The notes beneath the pieces are model-generated. The model worked only from the letters and a program-made list of their open reading frames with translations, was not told where the DNA came from and did not search any database. Of a stretch of DNA of 64,000 nucleotides, positions 38,746 through 48,600 are shown piece by piece. The translations under genes were made by a program, and so were the position numbers. Origin of the DNA: Candidatus Eiseniibacteriota bacterium (GTDB lineage Bacteria > Eisenbacteria > RBG-16-71-46 > CAZAMP01); the NCBI GenBank assembly GCA_965224245.1, contig OZ245046.1, positions 2,944,001 to 3,008,000 of the forward strand. The letters run 5' to 3'. Numbering within the stretch: the stretch's first letter is position 1; each line of letters opens with the position of its first letter.

Positions 38746-40095
38746 TCAGGTCACCAGCGGCAGGATCAGCTCGGCCAGGGACAGGTAGACCAGGATCCCG
38801 AGCACGTCGTTCGCGGTGGTCACGAACGGACCGGCGGCCAGCGCCGGATCCACGTTCATGCGATCCAGCAGCACCGGGACCAGCGAGCCGACGGTGGTGG
38901 AGAGCAGGATCACCGAGAACAGCGCGACCCCGACCAGGAACGCCAGCCAGAACCCGTGTAGCCACAGCCCGACCACGACCGCGATCAGGGTCCCGCACAC
39001 GAGCCCGTTGAGGACGCTGACCAGGAACTCCTTCCAGACCCGGCGCCCCAGAGCCCGGTAGGCGCCGGGGCCGGTCGCGAGGCCCCGCACGGCGATGGAT
39101 GCGGACTGCATCGCGACGTTTCCTCCCATCGCGTTGATCACGGGCACGAAGAACGCGAGGCTGACGATCTGGGTCAGGCTCAGCTCGAAGCGACTGAGCA
39201 CCCGGGCCGCCAGGAGACCCCCGGCCAGTCCCACGAGAAGCCACGGGAGGCGGCGCCCGGTGGCATGCAGCACCGTGTCCGCCGGATCCTCGTCGCCGGT
39301 CCCCGCGAAGCGACCGATGTCCTCCTCGGCTTCCTCCTCGAGCACGTCGACGACGTCGTCGACGGTGATCACCCCGAGCATGCGACCGGACGCATCCACG
39401 ACCGGCGCCTCGAGCACGTCGTACTGCCGGAACCGCCGCGCGACCTCCTCCTGGTCCAGATCGGGCTGAACCACGAGAACGGGATCGGTGGCGATCGTGG
39501 ACAGCGGGGTCCCCGCCGCCGAGACGAGGAGCTGACGGAGCGTGACCAGACCGGTCAGCGGCCCATCGGGCTCGGACACGTACACGACGTGCGGATCGGG
39601 GATGTCGTCGGCGGAGGCCCGGATCTCGTCGATCGCATCCTCGACGGTGGCCCGTGGCGAGAGCTCGAGGTACTCCGAGGCCATGATGCCGCCGGCGGTG
39701 TCCTCGGGGTACTCGAGGAGCAGTCGCAGCTCGGCCGCGTCCTCGGCGTCGAGACGTCCGAGCACCTGCTCCTGCACCGGCTCGTCGAGCGTTCCCACCA
39801 GATCGGCGGCGTCGTCGGAGTCGAGGTGCTCGACGAGCTCGGAGATCTCGCCGGGCTCCATCTCCTCGACGAGCTCGTCGCGGTGGCGCTCGTGGACCTC
39901 GAGGAGCACGTCCGAGCGCTGCTCGTTGCCGAGCAGCTCGAACACGAAGGCGCGATCGTCGGCGTCGAGGAGATCCAGCACGTCGGCGATGTCGGCCGAG
40001 TGCATGTTCGGAAAGAGATTGCGGAGCCATGCGGAAGCCCGCTGCTCGACGAGTCCGAGCACGTCCTCGAGAGCGTCCGGGGAGAGTTCGGCCAT
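38746..40095 (-). CDS. mgtE: Magnesium transporter MgtE
   Basis: YPEDTAGGIM, CBS pair, MGGNVAMQS, DPALAAGPFVTTAND. Confidence 0.95.
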   Translation of the reverse strand: MAELSPDALEDVLGLVEQRASAWLRNLFPNMHSADIADVLDLLDADDRAFVFELLGNEQRSDVLLEVHERHRDELVEEMEPGEISELVEHLDSDDAADLVGTLDEPVQEQVLGRLDAEDAAELRLLLEYPEDTAGGIMASEYLELSPRATVEDAIDEIRASADDIPDPHVVYVSEPDGPLTGLVTLRQLLVSAAGTPLSTIATDPVLVVQPDLDQEEVARRFRQYDVLEAPVVDASGRMLGVITVDDVVDVLEEEAEEDIGRFAGTGDEDPADTVLHATGRRLPWLLVGLAGGLLAARVLSRFELSLTQIVSLAFFVPVINAMGGNVAMQSASIAVRGLATGPGAYRALGRRVWKEFLVSVLNGLVCGTLIAVVVGLWLHGFWLAFLVGVALFSVILLSTTVGSLVPVLLDRMNVDPALAAGPFVTTANDVLGILVYLSLAELILPLVT

Positions 40096-40225
40096 GATCG
40101 CTCGTGTCCTGACGTCGGCGGGAACGAACACGCGTCGGTGAACCGTCCGGCATGATGCGGGGAGAGGACCGAGCGGATCAACCGTTCAATGGCCTCGCGT
40201 GGGCTCCGGCGACCGCGCGCGACCG

Positions 40226-40906
40226 CTACGCCACGTGGGCGAGCGGTCGCTTGGTCGCCGGTGCGAGCTTCCCGTCGTCGGTCACGCGCCGATCGAAGTA
40301 CAGCGCCAGCTCCTTGCGGAGAAACAGCCGCGCCCGGTGCAGCCGGCTCTTGACCGCCGGCAGCGACAGACCGAGGAGCTCACCGATGTCCTTGTTCGGC
40401 AAGCCCTCGACGTCGGCCAGCACCAGGACGGGGCGGAACTTCTCTGGCAGCTTCTGGATCGCTCGGCGGATGACCCCGTGTCCCTCCTCGGAGAGAAATA
40501 CCGCATCCGGCACCTTCGACCAGTCGGGCGCGACGTGCGCGACGTGACCGTCGTCGGTGTCGGCGCCGGTGACGTCGAGGTCCTGGTGCTGGTGCTTCTT
40601 CGAGCCACGGACCAGCATCAGCGCCGAGTTGACGGCCACCCGGTAGATCCACGTCTTCAGGGCCGAGCGGCCCTGGAACCGATCCAGCTTGCGCGCCAGG
40701 TTCAGGAACGCATCCTGTGTCGCGTCCTCGGCATCTTCTCGATTGCCGGTGATCTTGTATGCGAGGTTGTAGACCATGCTCCGATAGCGGTGCAGGATCT
40801 CCAGAAACGCACGATCCTCACCGGCGACGTATCGCTCGACGAGCTCGGCGTCGGTCGCCGTCTCGAACGACGTGCGCACGTGCGCGAGCTGAGATGAGGA
40901 AGTCAT
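40226..40906 (-). CDS. ECF RNA polymerase sigma factor (RpoE-like)
   Basis: DAEDATQDAF, TWIYRVAVN, VKSRLHRAR. Confidence 0.92.
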   Translation of the reverse strand: MTSSSQLAHVRTSFETATDAELVERYVAGEDRAFLEILHRYRSMVYNLAYKITGNREDAEDATQDAFLNLARKLDRFQGRSALKTWIYRVAVNSALMLVRGSKKHQHQDLDVTGADTDDGHVAHVAPDWSKVPDAVFLSEEGHGVIRRAIQKLPEKFRPVLVLADVEGLPNKDIGELLGLSLPAVKSRLHRARLFLRKELALYFDRRVTDDGKLAPATKRPLAHVA

Positions 40907-41219
40907 GGAAAGAAGTCACCTTTCGTCCGATTTGTCGGGGCCCAGCCTTGGAACGACGGCCCCGGCCGGCTGCACTGGCGCTCCCGTGCGTCGGTCCCCG
41001 GATCCACCCCTACCCGCGGGTGGGATCCAGCAGCCGGCCTGTCGCTCCGGGACATCGATGAGTGACGCGAGCGGCGCGTTCATTACACGCCGCCGCGAGA
41101 TCCGCGGCCACGCGGGCCCCACCGCGCCCGGCCGGTCGAGACGGGGCCCCGGCGTCGGGCTCGAGGACGCCGGACCGAACTCCAAGGGAATCAAATACAA
41201 CGTCTTACGACGTCGATCG

Positions 41220-42608
41220 GTGGACACCGTCGTCGGCCTCACGTGGCTCCTGGGCCTGGCCTGTGCGTCGCCCCACCTCCCGACCCACCGAGAATCCGAA
41301 CGCACGTTCGAGGTCAGCGAGATCGACAACCCCGTCGAGTGGGTGTGGTCGGGGGCGCTGACCCCCCGATCGATCCGGGTTCGGGCGCGGGTCTCGCGTC
41401 CCTCGGCGAGCGTCCGGCTGATCCTCACCCCGACGACGACCGATGGCGCCCCGGGGGTACCTGTGCGCGCGGTCAGCGCGGTGGCCGACGACGCCTCGCT
41501 CCGGGTGGCCACCTTCGACGTGGACGCGCTCACACCGGATACGCGGTACACGTACGCCGTGGAGGTGGACGGACAGATCGACGCCGCCCGGATGGGCGGG
41601 TTCCGCACGCCGGCAGCCGGTGCGTTCGACTTCACGGTCGCGTTCTCGGCCTGCGCCCGCACCGGCAGCAACGGCGCCGTCTTCGACGAGATCGCCTCGC
41701 ACGATCCGATCCTCTACATCGCCACCGGCGATCTCTTCTACGGCGACTTCACCGTCAATCGACCCGAGTGGTTTCGCGACGCGTACACCGAGGTCCTCAC
41801 CGCGCCGGCGCAGGCGTCCCTGTACCGTCACGTCCCGATCGCCTACGTGTTCGACGATCACGACTTCGGCCCCAACAACGCGTCCGGGAGATCCCCGTCG
41901 GCCCCGGCGGCGCAGGAGACGTTTCGCGCCTTCGTGCCGCACGCCCCCCTCGTCGAGGAGAGGGGGCCCATCCACCGGGCGTTCACGATCGGGCGGGTCA
42001 CGTTCGTCGTGACCGATCTCCGCTCGCGGCGCGATGCGCCCGACCGCGCGGTCATGCGCCCGCCGCGCTCGACGATGGGAGAGGCTCAGCGCGAGTGGTT
42101 CCTGGGAACCGTGCGCGAGGCGAGCCGCACCGCGGCGCTGGTGGTGTGGGTGAACACCTCGCCGTGGATCGCCGACGGTGGCCTCTTTCAGGATCACTGG
42201 GGGAAGTACGCCGAGGAGCGTCGGCTGATCGCCGACGCGTTCGAGAACGACGGTGTCCGGAACCTGGTCATGCTCTGCGGCGACGCGCACATGCTGGCCA
42301 TCGACGACGGATCGCACAATCGCTATGCGTCATCGGGTCGACCGGGCTGCCCGGTCTTCAACGCCGCCCCGCTGGATCGCGAGGGCTCGTTCAAGGGGAA
42401 CGGCACGTACACGTGGGGACCGGAGCTCGAAGGCGGGCAGTACGGCCTGATGACGATCCGAGACGACGGCGGCGAGTCGATCGGCGTCACCTGGCAGGGC
42501 TTTCGCGTGGACGCCGGGGAGCGCATGCGGCTCGACATGGAGGTGTCCCGCGCCGGCGGTATCCGGATCGTCTCCAACCCGACGACGCCCGGCGGATCGC
42601 CCCCTTAG
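41220..42608 (+). CDS. phoD: PhoD-like alkaline phosphatase; start uncertain
   Basis: GDLFYGD, DDHDF, DLRSRR, GDAH. Confidence 0.85.
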   Translation: MDTVVGLTWLLGLACASPHLPTHRESERTFEVSEIDNPVEWVWSGALTPRSIRVRARVSRPSASVRLILTPTTTDGAPGVPVRAVSAVADDASLRVATFDVDALTPDTRYTYAVEVDGQIDAARMGGFRTPAAGAFDFTVAFSACARTGSNGAVFDEIASHDPILYIATGDLFYGDFTVNRPEWFRDAYTEVLTAPAQASLYRHVPIAYVFDDHDFGPNNASGRSPSAPAAQETFRAFVPHAPLVEERGPIHRAFTIGRVTFVVTDLRSRRDAPDRAVMRPPRSTMGEAQREWFLGTVREASRTAALVVWVNTSPWIADGGLFQDHWGKYAEERRLIADAFENDGVRNLVMLCGDAHMLAIDDGSHNRYASSGRPGCPVFNAAPLDREGSFKGNGTYTWGPELEGGQYGLMTIRDDGGESIGVTWQGFRVDAGERMRLDMEVSRAGGIRIVSNPTTPGGSPP

Positions 42609-42667
42609 CCACGCCGAACGCAAGACGGCCGCGCCCCATGGGCGGGGACACGGCCGTTCGGGGTGGA
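42609..42667. terminator. Long hairpin between convergent genes
   Basis: CCAC..CCGAACG..ACGGCCG...CGGCCGT TCGG..GTGG. Confidence 0.5.
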
Positions 42668-42673
42668 GTCGAT

Positions 42674-44035
42674 CTACCAGTGGCGGATCATCTCCATGTA
42701 TGTCTTCGCATCGAAGTCGGGCGAGTTCGCCTGATCGTGGCAGCTCGTGCAGGTGTTGGCGGTGAGCAGCGTCTTGTCGCCCGGATGGAGCGTCCCCATC
42801 TGGTGACACGCCTCGCACTGCACGGCGGTGAGATCGGGCTTCATCGTGGCGCTCTGGAAGCCGGTCTTGGCGCCCTTGCCGGTGACGTGACAGGACACGC
42901 AGTCGTCGTTGGACTCCATGCCCATGTCGACCAGCGTGGCCCAGGCCCTCGCGTGCGGTCCCTGCTGCCACTTCTCGAACTCGGTCTGGTGGCACCGCGC
43001 GCACGTGTCGGCCCCGAGGAACCGATCGACCTCCTGCTGGTTCTGGAACTCGGCCTGCTTCGCCAGGCGCTCTTCCTTCTGAATCCGCTTGATCTCGGCG
43101 TCCATCTCGTTGACGAGCGTCTGGACGTGCGGATCCTTGCGCGCGGCCTTCTCGTCGAGCTGCTGCGAGCGTCCGTCGTACTGCACGACGGTGCCGGTCT
43201 CATCGACCTCCATCTCCAGCCACGCGATGTACTGCCCTCGCGTACCCGGCCGCACGATGATCGTGCTGCCGACGGTCGTGTGCGTGGCGCGCAGCCCGCC
43301 CCGGTGACCGAGCACGGCCACGTCGATGTCGGGTTGACGGCGCACGACCGAGTCGGTGAACGCCAGCTCCATCTGCGAGAGCAGCACGAGCACGTCGCAG
43401 CCCGCGTCCTTGAGGTCGCTCACGATGCGGTCGGCGCTGGTGAACACGTCGTCGGCGACCAGGGGCTGAGGCGCCTGGACCGCGCGTTCGACGACGTCGC
43501 TGTGCATCAGGCTGAAGATCCCGACCTTGTGGCCGTCCATCTCACGAATCGTGTACGGCTCGGACACGGGGGCCCGCACGCCGTTCCTCTCCGTGTAGAC
43601 GTTGCTCAGGAGCACCGCCGGCTGCCCCTCGGCCAGCTCCGCGAAGTGTTGCACGTCGCGGCGGAGCTCGCGCTCGCCGGGAGACACGGCGTCGTAGCCG
43701 ATGCGCTTCATCGTCTTGAAGATGAAGTCGGACTTGAGCTCGCCCCACGTGGGGTTCAGATCACCCCAGTTCCCCGCATCCACGACGAGGGTGTTCTCGG
43801 TGATCGCGCGAATCGAATCGACGAAGGTAGCCCGCCGGGCCAACCCACCTTTCTGGTTCTTCTTTCACCCGCACTCTTCGATCTCGCCGTTGTTCGAGGC
43901 CGTGGCGAGAACGTACATCTTGGTGACCTTGCCGGTGGGCTGTGCCGCCTGGGCGAAGTGAGGGCCGATCGCGAGCGTTCCGATCGCGAGGCCGCCGAGC
44001 GCGATCGCACTCAGCAGCGCGTGTGGCTTCTGCAC
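42674..44035 (-). CDS. Secreted UshA-like selenoprotein with tetraheme cytochrome c domain (TGA at codon 57)
   Basis: GAAGGAG RBS, GTG, signal peptide, GEIEECG-TGA-KKNQKGGLARR in frame; CARCH, CVSCH, CEACH, CTSCH. Confidence 0.85.
43824..43851 (-). promoter_or_regulatory. Candidate bacterial SECIS hairpin
   Basis: AAGGU..GGCCC GGC GGGCU ACCUU starting 13 nt after the UGA. Confidence 0.5.
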
Positions 44036-44255
44036 GAGTTGAGCTCCTTCGTGAGAGACGAACGATCCGGATCATCTTCCCGGGTGGTTCGAAGCGTGCG
44101 ATACCCTATCAGAGCGCGGGCGTGCGAGTCGAGCGCCACCACCCGGTGGTGCGCCGACATCCGCCGCCGACGCCGACGCCGAACGTTAACAATCCAGATC
44201 GGCTCCTGGATCGCCCGCTCGGGCGTATTTACATGGCCTTTACGACGACCGCGGG

Positions 44256-45689
44256 TCACTCGGACCGGACCGGCTCGTCTCCGCCGGCCGGTCGGTGCAG
44301 GATCCTCGTCCAGTACGACGCCGGGTCGAACGCCGGGGAGTTCTCCGCGTCGTGACACCGCCGGCATCGCGACGGCTCCACCGGCGGAACGGCGCCCCGA
44401 TCCGGATGACCATCCGGCACGGCGTGACACGCCGCACACGCGACGCCTCGCGCCCGCGAGCGTCGCTCCGAGGCGCTGGCACCGTCCGGCTCATCGGTCA
44501 CCTCGCCCGCGCCGGCGTGATCCGGTGGCCCGGGCGAGGTATCGTGACAGCTCACACAGGCCGCCTCGTCGGGGAATCCTGCGTCCACGAGCGTCTCGAA
44601 TGCGCGGGCATGCCGCGTGGTGCGCCAGTGGGCGTGCTCCGTCTCGTGGCACGACGCACAGGCCGCGTCCCCGGACCCGGCGGGCGACCGCTCGGAACCG
44701 GCTCCCCGGGCGCGCGCCGCCGCTTCGAGCAGCTCCCGTCGGTGGGCGGCGGCCCGCCGGGCCTCGATCTCGCGTACCCAGCGGTACACGGCCACATCCT
44801 GGGGAAAGCTCTCCAGGAGACCGTGCGTCCGCCCCGCGACCTCGGCCAGGCCGGCGGCGTCCATGCGCAGGACCACCTCGGCCAGGTAGCGACCGCGATC
44901 GCCCGGATGAACGTACACGGTGCCGTCCGCGACCCCATGCGTCGGATCGGCGGGGGGCGAGTGGCTCGACACCACCACGTCGAATCCGGCACGGCGGCCG
45001 AGCGGTCGCACGTCGCGGTGCGGCACGTGGGCGAACAGGACGAGCGCATCCGCGCCCGCGGCGCGCATGTCGGTCGCCACGGCCCGAGCGGCCTCGGCCG
45101 GATCCCGGACCAGGAACCCACCGACCGGCGGCGGGAGCTCGTCGACGAGCCGGGGGGCGATCACCGACGAGACCCCGACCACGAGGTCCCCCATGGGAAC
45201 CAGCACGTACGGACGGAAGGCCGCCCGGACGCTGTCGCCGGACTCCCGGAACAGGTTCGCGTTCACGAAGGGAGGTCCGGCCGGGTCCTCGGCGGCGCCG
45301 CGGGCGAGCTCGAGCGGGCCCACGCCGGCTGCCCGGTAGCCTTCGCGGGCCAGGTACACCCGGATGGAATCGGAGACACCGATCGCATCGTCCCCGCGCA
45401 CGCTGAAGTCGCCGGCGTCGAGCAGGACGAGCTCGCCCCGGAGTCGCAGCGAGTCCACGAGCGCCGAGCGCCGCGCGAGCCCGCCCTGCGGGCCGGACCG
45501 GCACCCGCACTCGGCGATCTCGCCCGCGACGGCCGCCGTGACCGCGAAACGCGCCTCGCGATATCGACCGGCACCCGGCGGCGTGCGGGCGGCACACGCG
45601 AGCCACGAGCACGCGACCACGACCGCCGTGATCCTCGCCAGGCGGGCCGTTGCGGGCGCGCCGGCGCGCGACTCAGCCCTCCTGCTCAT
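44256..45689 (-). CDS. UshA-like lipoprotein with tetraheme cytochrome c domain (Cys paralog)
   Basis: WLAC lipobox; GEIAECGCRSGPQGGLARR; DAGD; CASCH, CVSCH, CAACH, CRRCH. Confidence 0.85.
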   Translation of the reverse strand: MSRRAESRAGAPATARLARITAVVVACSWLACAARTPPGAGRYREARFAVTAAVAGEIAECGCRSGPQGGLARRSALVDSLRLRGELVLLDAGDFSVRGDDAIGVSDSIRVYLAREGYRAAGVGPLELARGAAEDPAGPPFVNANLFRESGDSVRAAFRPYVLVPMGDLVVGVSSVIAPRLVDELPPPVGGFLVRDPAEAARAVATDMRAAGADALVLFAHVPHRDVRPLGRRAGFDVVVSSHSPPADPTHGVADGTVYVHPGDRGRYLAEVVLRMDAAGLAEVAGRTHGLLESFPQDVAVYRWVREIEARRAAAHRRELLEAAARARGAGSERSPAGSGDAACASCHETEHAHWRTTRHARAFETLVDAGFPDEAACVSCHDTSPGPPDHAGAGEVTDEPDGASASERRSRARGVACAACHAVPDGHPDRGAVPPVEPSRCRRCHDAENSPAFDPASYWTRILHRPAGGDEPVRSE

Positions 45690-48600
45690 AGAAGATCTCC
45701 GGCAGCGCCTTGACACCGATCCAGAACTGGTAGCTCACCGCCGACCCCAGGAGCTGTCGCGAGAAGCGCGCCTCCCAGCAGTGGAGATCGCGCACGATCG
45801 ACAGCGTCGAGCTCGTGACCTCCGTCTCTCGCAGATCGGCCGACAGGTTGTAGCGCACGCTCCACTTCGGGGTGACGGGAACGGTGAAGCTCCCGTTGGC
45901 CGTGCTCGTGTAGTTGCTGGGATCGGCGCCTCGCCGGTACGTGGCGCGGAGCGTGGCCGCCCAGGGCAGTCCGGGCTGCGCGCGTTCGCGATCGCCGAGG
46001 AGATCGCGACGGCGCTCCGGCACGTCCGACACGTCCTCGGCCAGGAAGTCCGATCCGGCGGGGAGCGCACCCGCGGTCTTGCCGCTGAGGCTCAGGTTGC
46101 CCGAGATCGACAGGCTGGTGAGTCCTTCGCCGTAGACACCCTGGGTCCCCGAGAAGTCGAGGTTGAACAGCCGGTGTGGCCGCAGACGTCCGCTGGCCGT
46201 GATCGGGGACCAGGGCTGCTCGTCGTCCTCGAAGTCGTAGCCCGAGGACAGGTTGATCGACATGAAGTCCTTCACCGTCCGGGGCTCGTCCTCGCCGGAG
46301 GCGAGCCTCGCATCGAAGCTGTTGTTCAGCGTCAGCGAGAGCCGGCGCGACAGTGACGAGCCGCCGAACGAGATGCCGCCCACGGACGGGAACCGGCTCC
46401 GGCGGATTCCGTCGTCGTCGACGTAGGAGCCGGCGGTGTTCTCGGGCGTGTACGTGAACGTGGCGGCCGGCTGCATCACGTGACGAAGCGCCACGATGGG
46501 CCCCACTCGGCGGTTGAACGTGCCGTAGACGGTCGTGCTGGTGCGCGCGCCCGCGGACCAGCGTCCGGCGCGTTGCCACTTCTCGCCCCGGTTGTCCTCA
46601 TCGAACAGGAACTCCGAGTAGCTGAAGCGAGGCGACACCGCGAGCGGTCCCAGGCTGCGGTTGTCGGAGACGTCGACGTTGTGACGGGCGGCGAACGCCG
46701 CGGAGGCGGGGCCCTCCTCGATCTCCTGCTCGATGCGCGACGCCCGGAACGCGTATCCCCAGCGCATCGTGCTCAGCAGCGGCAGGAAGCCGCCGTCGCG
46801 TCCCGAAGCCTCGCGCCCGATCGGACGCTGGCTGAGGCTGAACGACACCGTCGGGAGCGTGTTCGTGACCGCGACGCGGCCGGAGTCGGCCTCGAGGTCC
46901 TGCGTGCGCGACAGGTTCAGCCCCAGCGACGCACCGGTCCACCGGCGTGAATAGGCGAGGTTGGACGTGAGCACGCGATCCACCTGCTGCTCGATGTTCT
47001 CGCCGAGGCCCTGGTCCAGAAGAAACCGGCTGCTGCTGACGAAGTTCGCGTCCACGGTCAGCGTTTGATCCGGTCCGAGATCCTGCGCGTGCCGGGCGCG
47101 GAACTCCCAGTCCCGGCTGCGCGGCTCGGCGTCGGTGTAGAACCGCTCGCGCGGGGGGCCCTCGGCCGACAGCGAGGTGTACACGGCGCCTTCGAAGGCG
47201 TGCGTGAGCTTGTAGCGCGTGTCCAGGTACCCGATCCAGCGGGGGCCCTGGGCGCGGGAGCCCGAGAAGCCGGGCGCCTCGAAGTCGACCCACGCACTGA
47301 GATCCGCGTAGTCGCTGAACGCCCAGTAGTAGCCGACGTTCCGGAGATAGCGACGCCGGTCGTCGATGCCGATCTCGTAGCCGAAGCGCAGCCAGCCCGA
47401 GCGCCGTCCGCGCTCGATCGGAAACAGGAAGTACGGAACGGCGAGAATGGGAATGTCGGCGACGTGCAGCACCACCGGCCGTCCCACGACCTTGTCCTTC
47501 AGCCGGATGCGCACCTGGGGGATCAGGAAGTGGAAGTGCGGGTCGTCACGATCGCAGGTGGAGTACTTGCAGCTCTCGACGTAGAGTGTCTCGTCGTCGA
47601 TCTTCTTGATGCGACGTCCCTGGAAGTAGCCGCCGTCGAGCTCCGTCTTGCCGTGATGCACCACCCCCTGCTTGGCCTCGACGTCGTAGTCCATGGCGAC
47701 GCCGGTGACCACGCCGCCGGGATCCTCGAGCGACGGCTCCTCCGAGGCGACGATGGTCTGGTTCCGGGTGTCGAAGACGACGCGGCCGGCGCGCAGCCAC
47801 GCGTCCTGGTACTGCACGGACGCGGCGTCGCTCAGCATCAGGTCGCGAGTGGTCATGTCGTAGGTGACCTCCTCGGCCGCGTACGTGACCTCGTCCATGC
47901 CCCCGGGAAACAACGAGTCGGGCGGGACGACCGACTCGAGGGGCGCGATGCGGGCCGCCCAGGCCACCGAGTCCGAGACCGCGGAATCGGGCGTGGCGAC
48001 GACCGGCTCCGGCTTCGCCGCGAAGACGTCGCCGAGTCGCAGCACGCTCACCGAGTCCGCTCCGGCGCTCTGGCGGCCGGGCTCCAACGCATCTCCGATC
48101 GAGACCGAATCGGGCGCAGCTCCCGGGCCGGACGCCTCCCGGCCCAGCGGCGGGCCGGCGTCGCCCGGCGGGGCGGCGCCGGACCCGGCGTCGGCCGTCT
48201 CGCCGGCATCCGTGCCGGACATTGCGCCGGCGTCCGTGCCGGGCATTGCGCCGGTGTCGGCATCGGGCGGCGTGCCGGCGTCGGTGTCGGGCGTCGCGCC
48301 GGCGTCGGTGTCGGGCGGCGGCGTGTCGCGCTGCTCGTCCGTCGCCGGAGATCCTTCCTCCTCGCCGGGCTCGATCCCATCCGCGGCGCCGCGATCCCGC
48401 GCGCGATCCCGCGCGCGATCGCGCGCGGGTTCTGCCGTCGCCGCCGTGTCGGGTACCGCCGGGGCCGTGCCGTTCTCCGCCGCGAACCAGTAGCGGCCGG
48501 TCGCGTTCCCCTCCAGGATCACCGTCGACACCTGCCCCTCGTGGAACAGGAGCCGGATGCGATCGGCGTCCGCGTGATTGGCGCCCGTGCCGAGGGCCAG

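Noticed and set aside
43865-43867. TGA as a nonsense mutation
   Set aside because: It aligns with Cys in the paralog, both flanks are intact and a hairpin follows; recoding is more parsimonious though unproven
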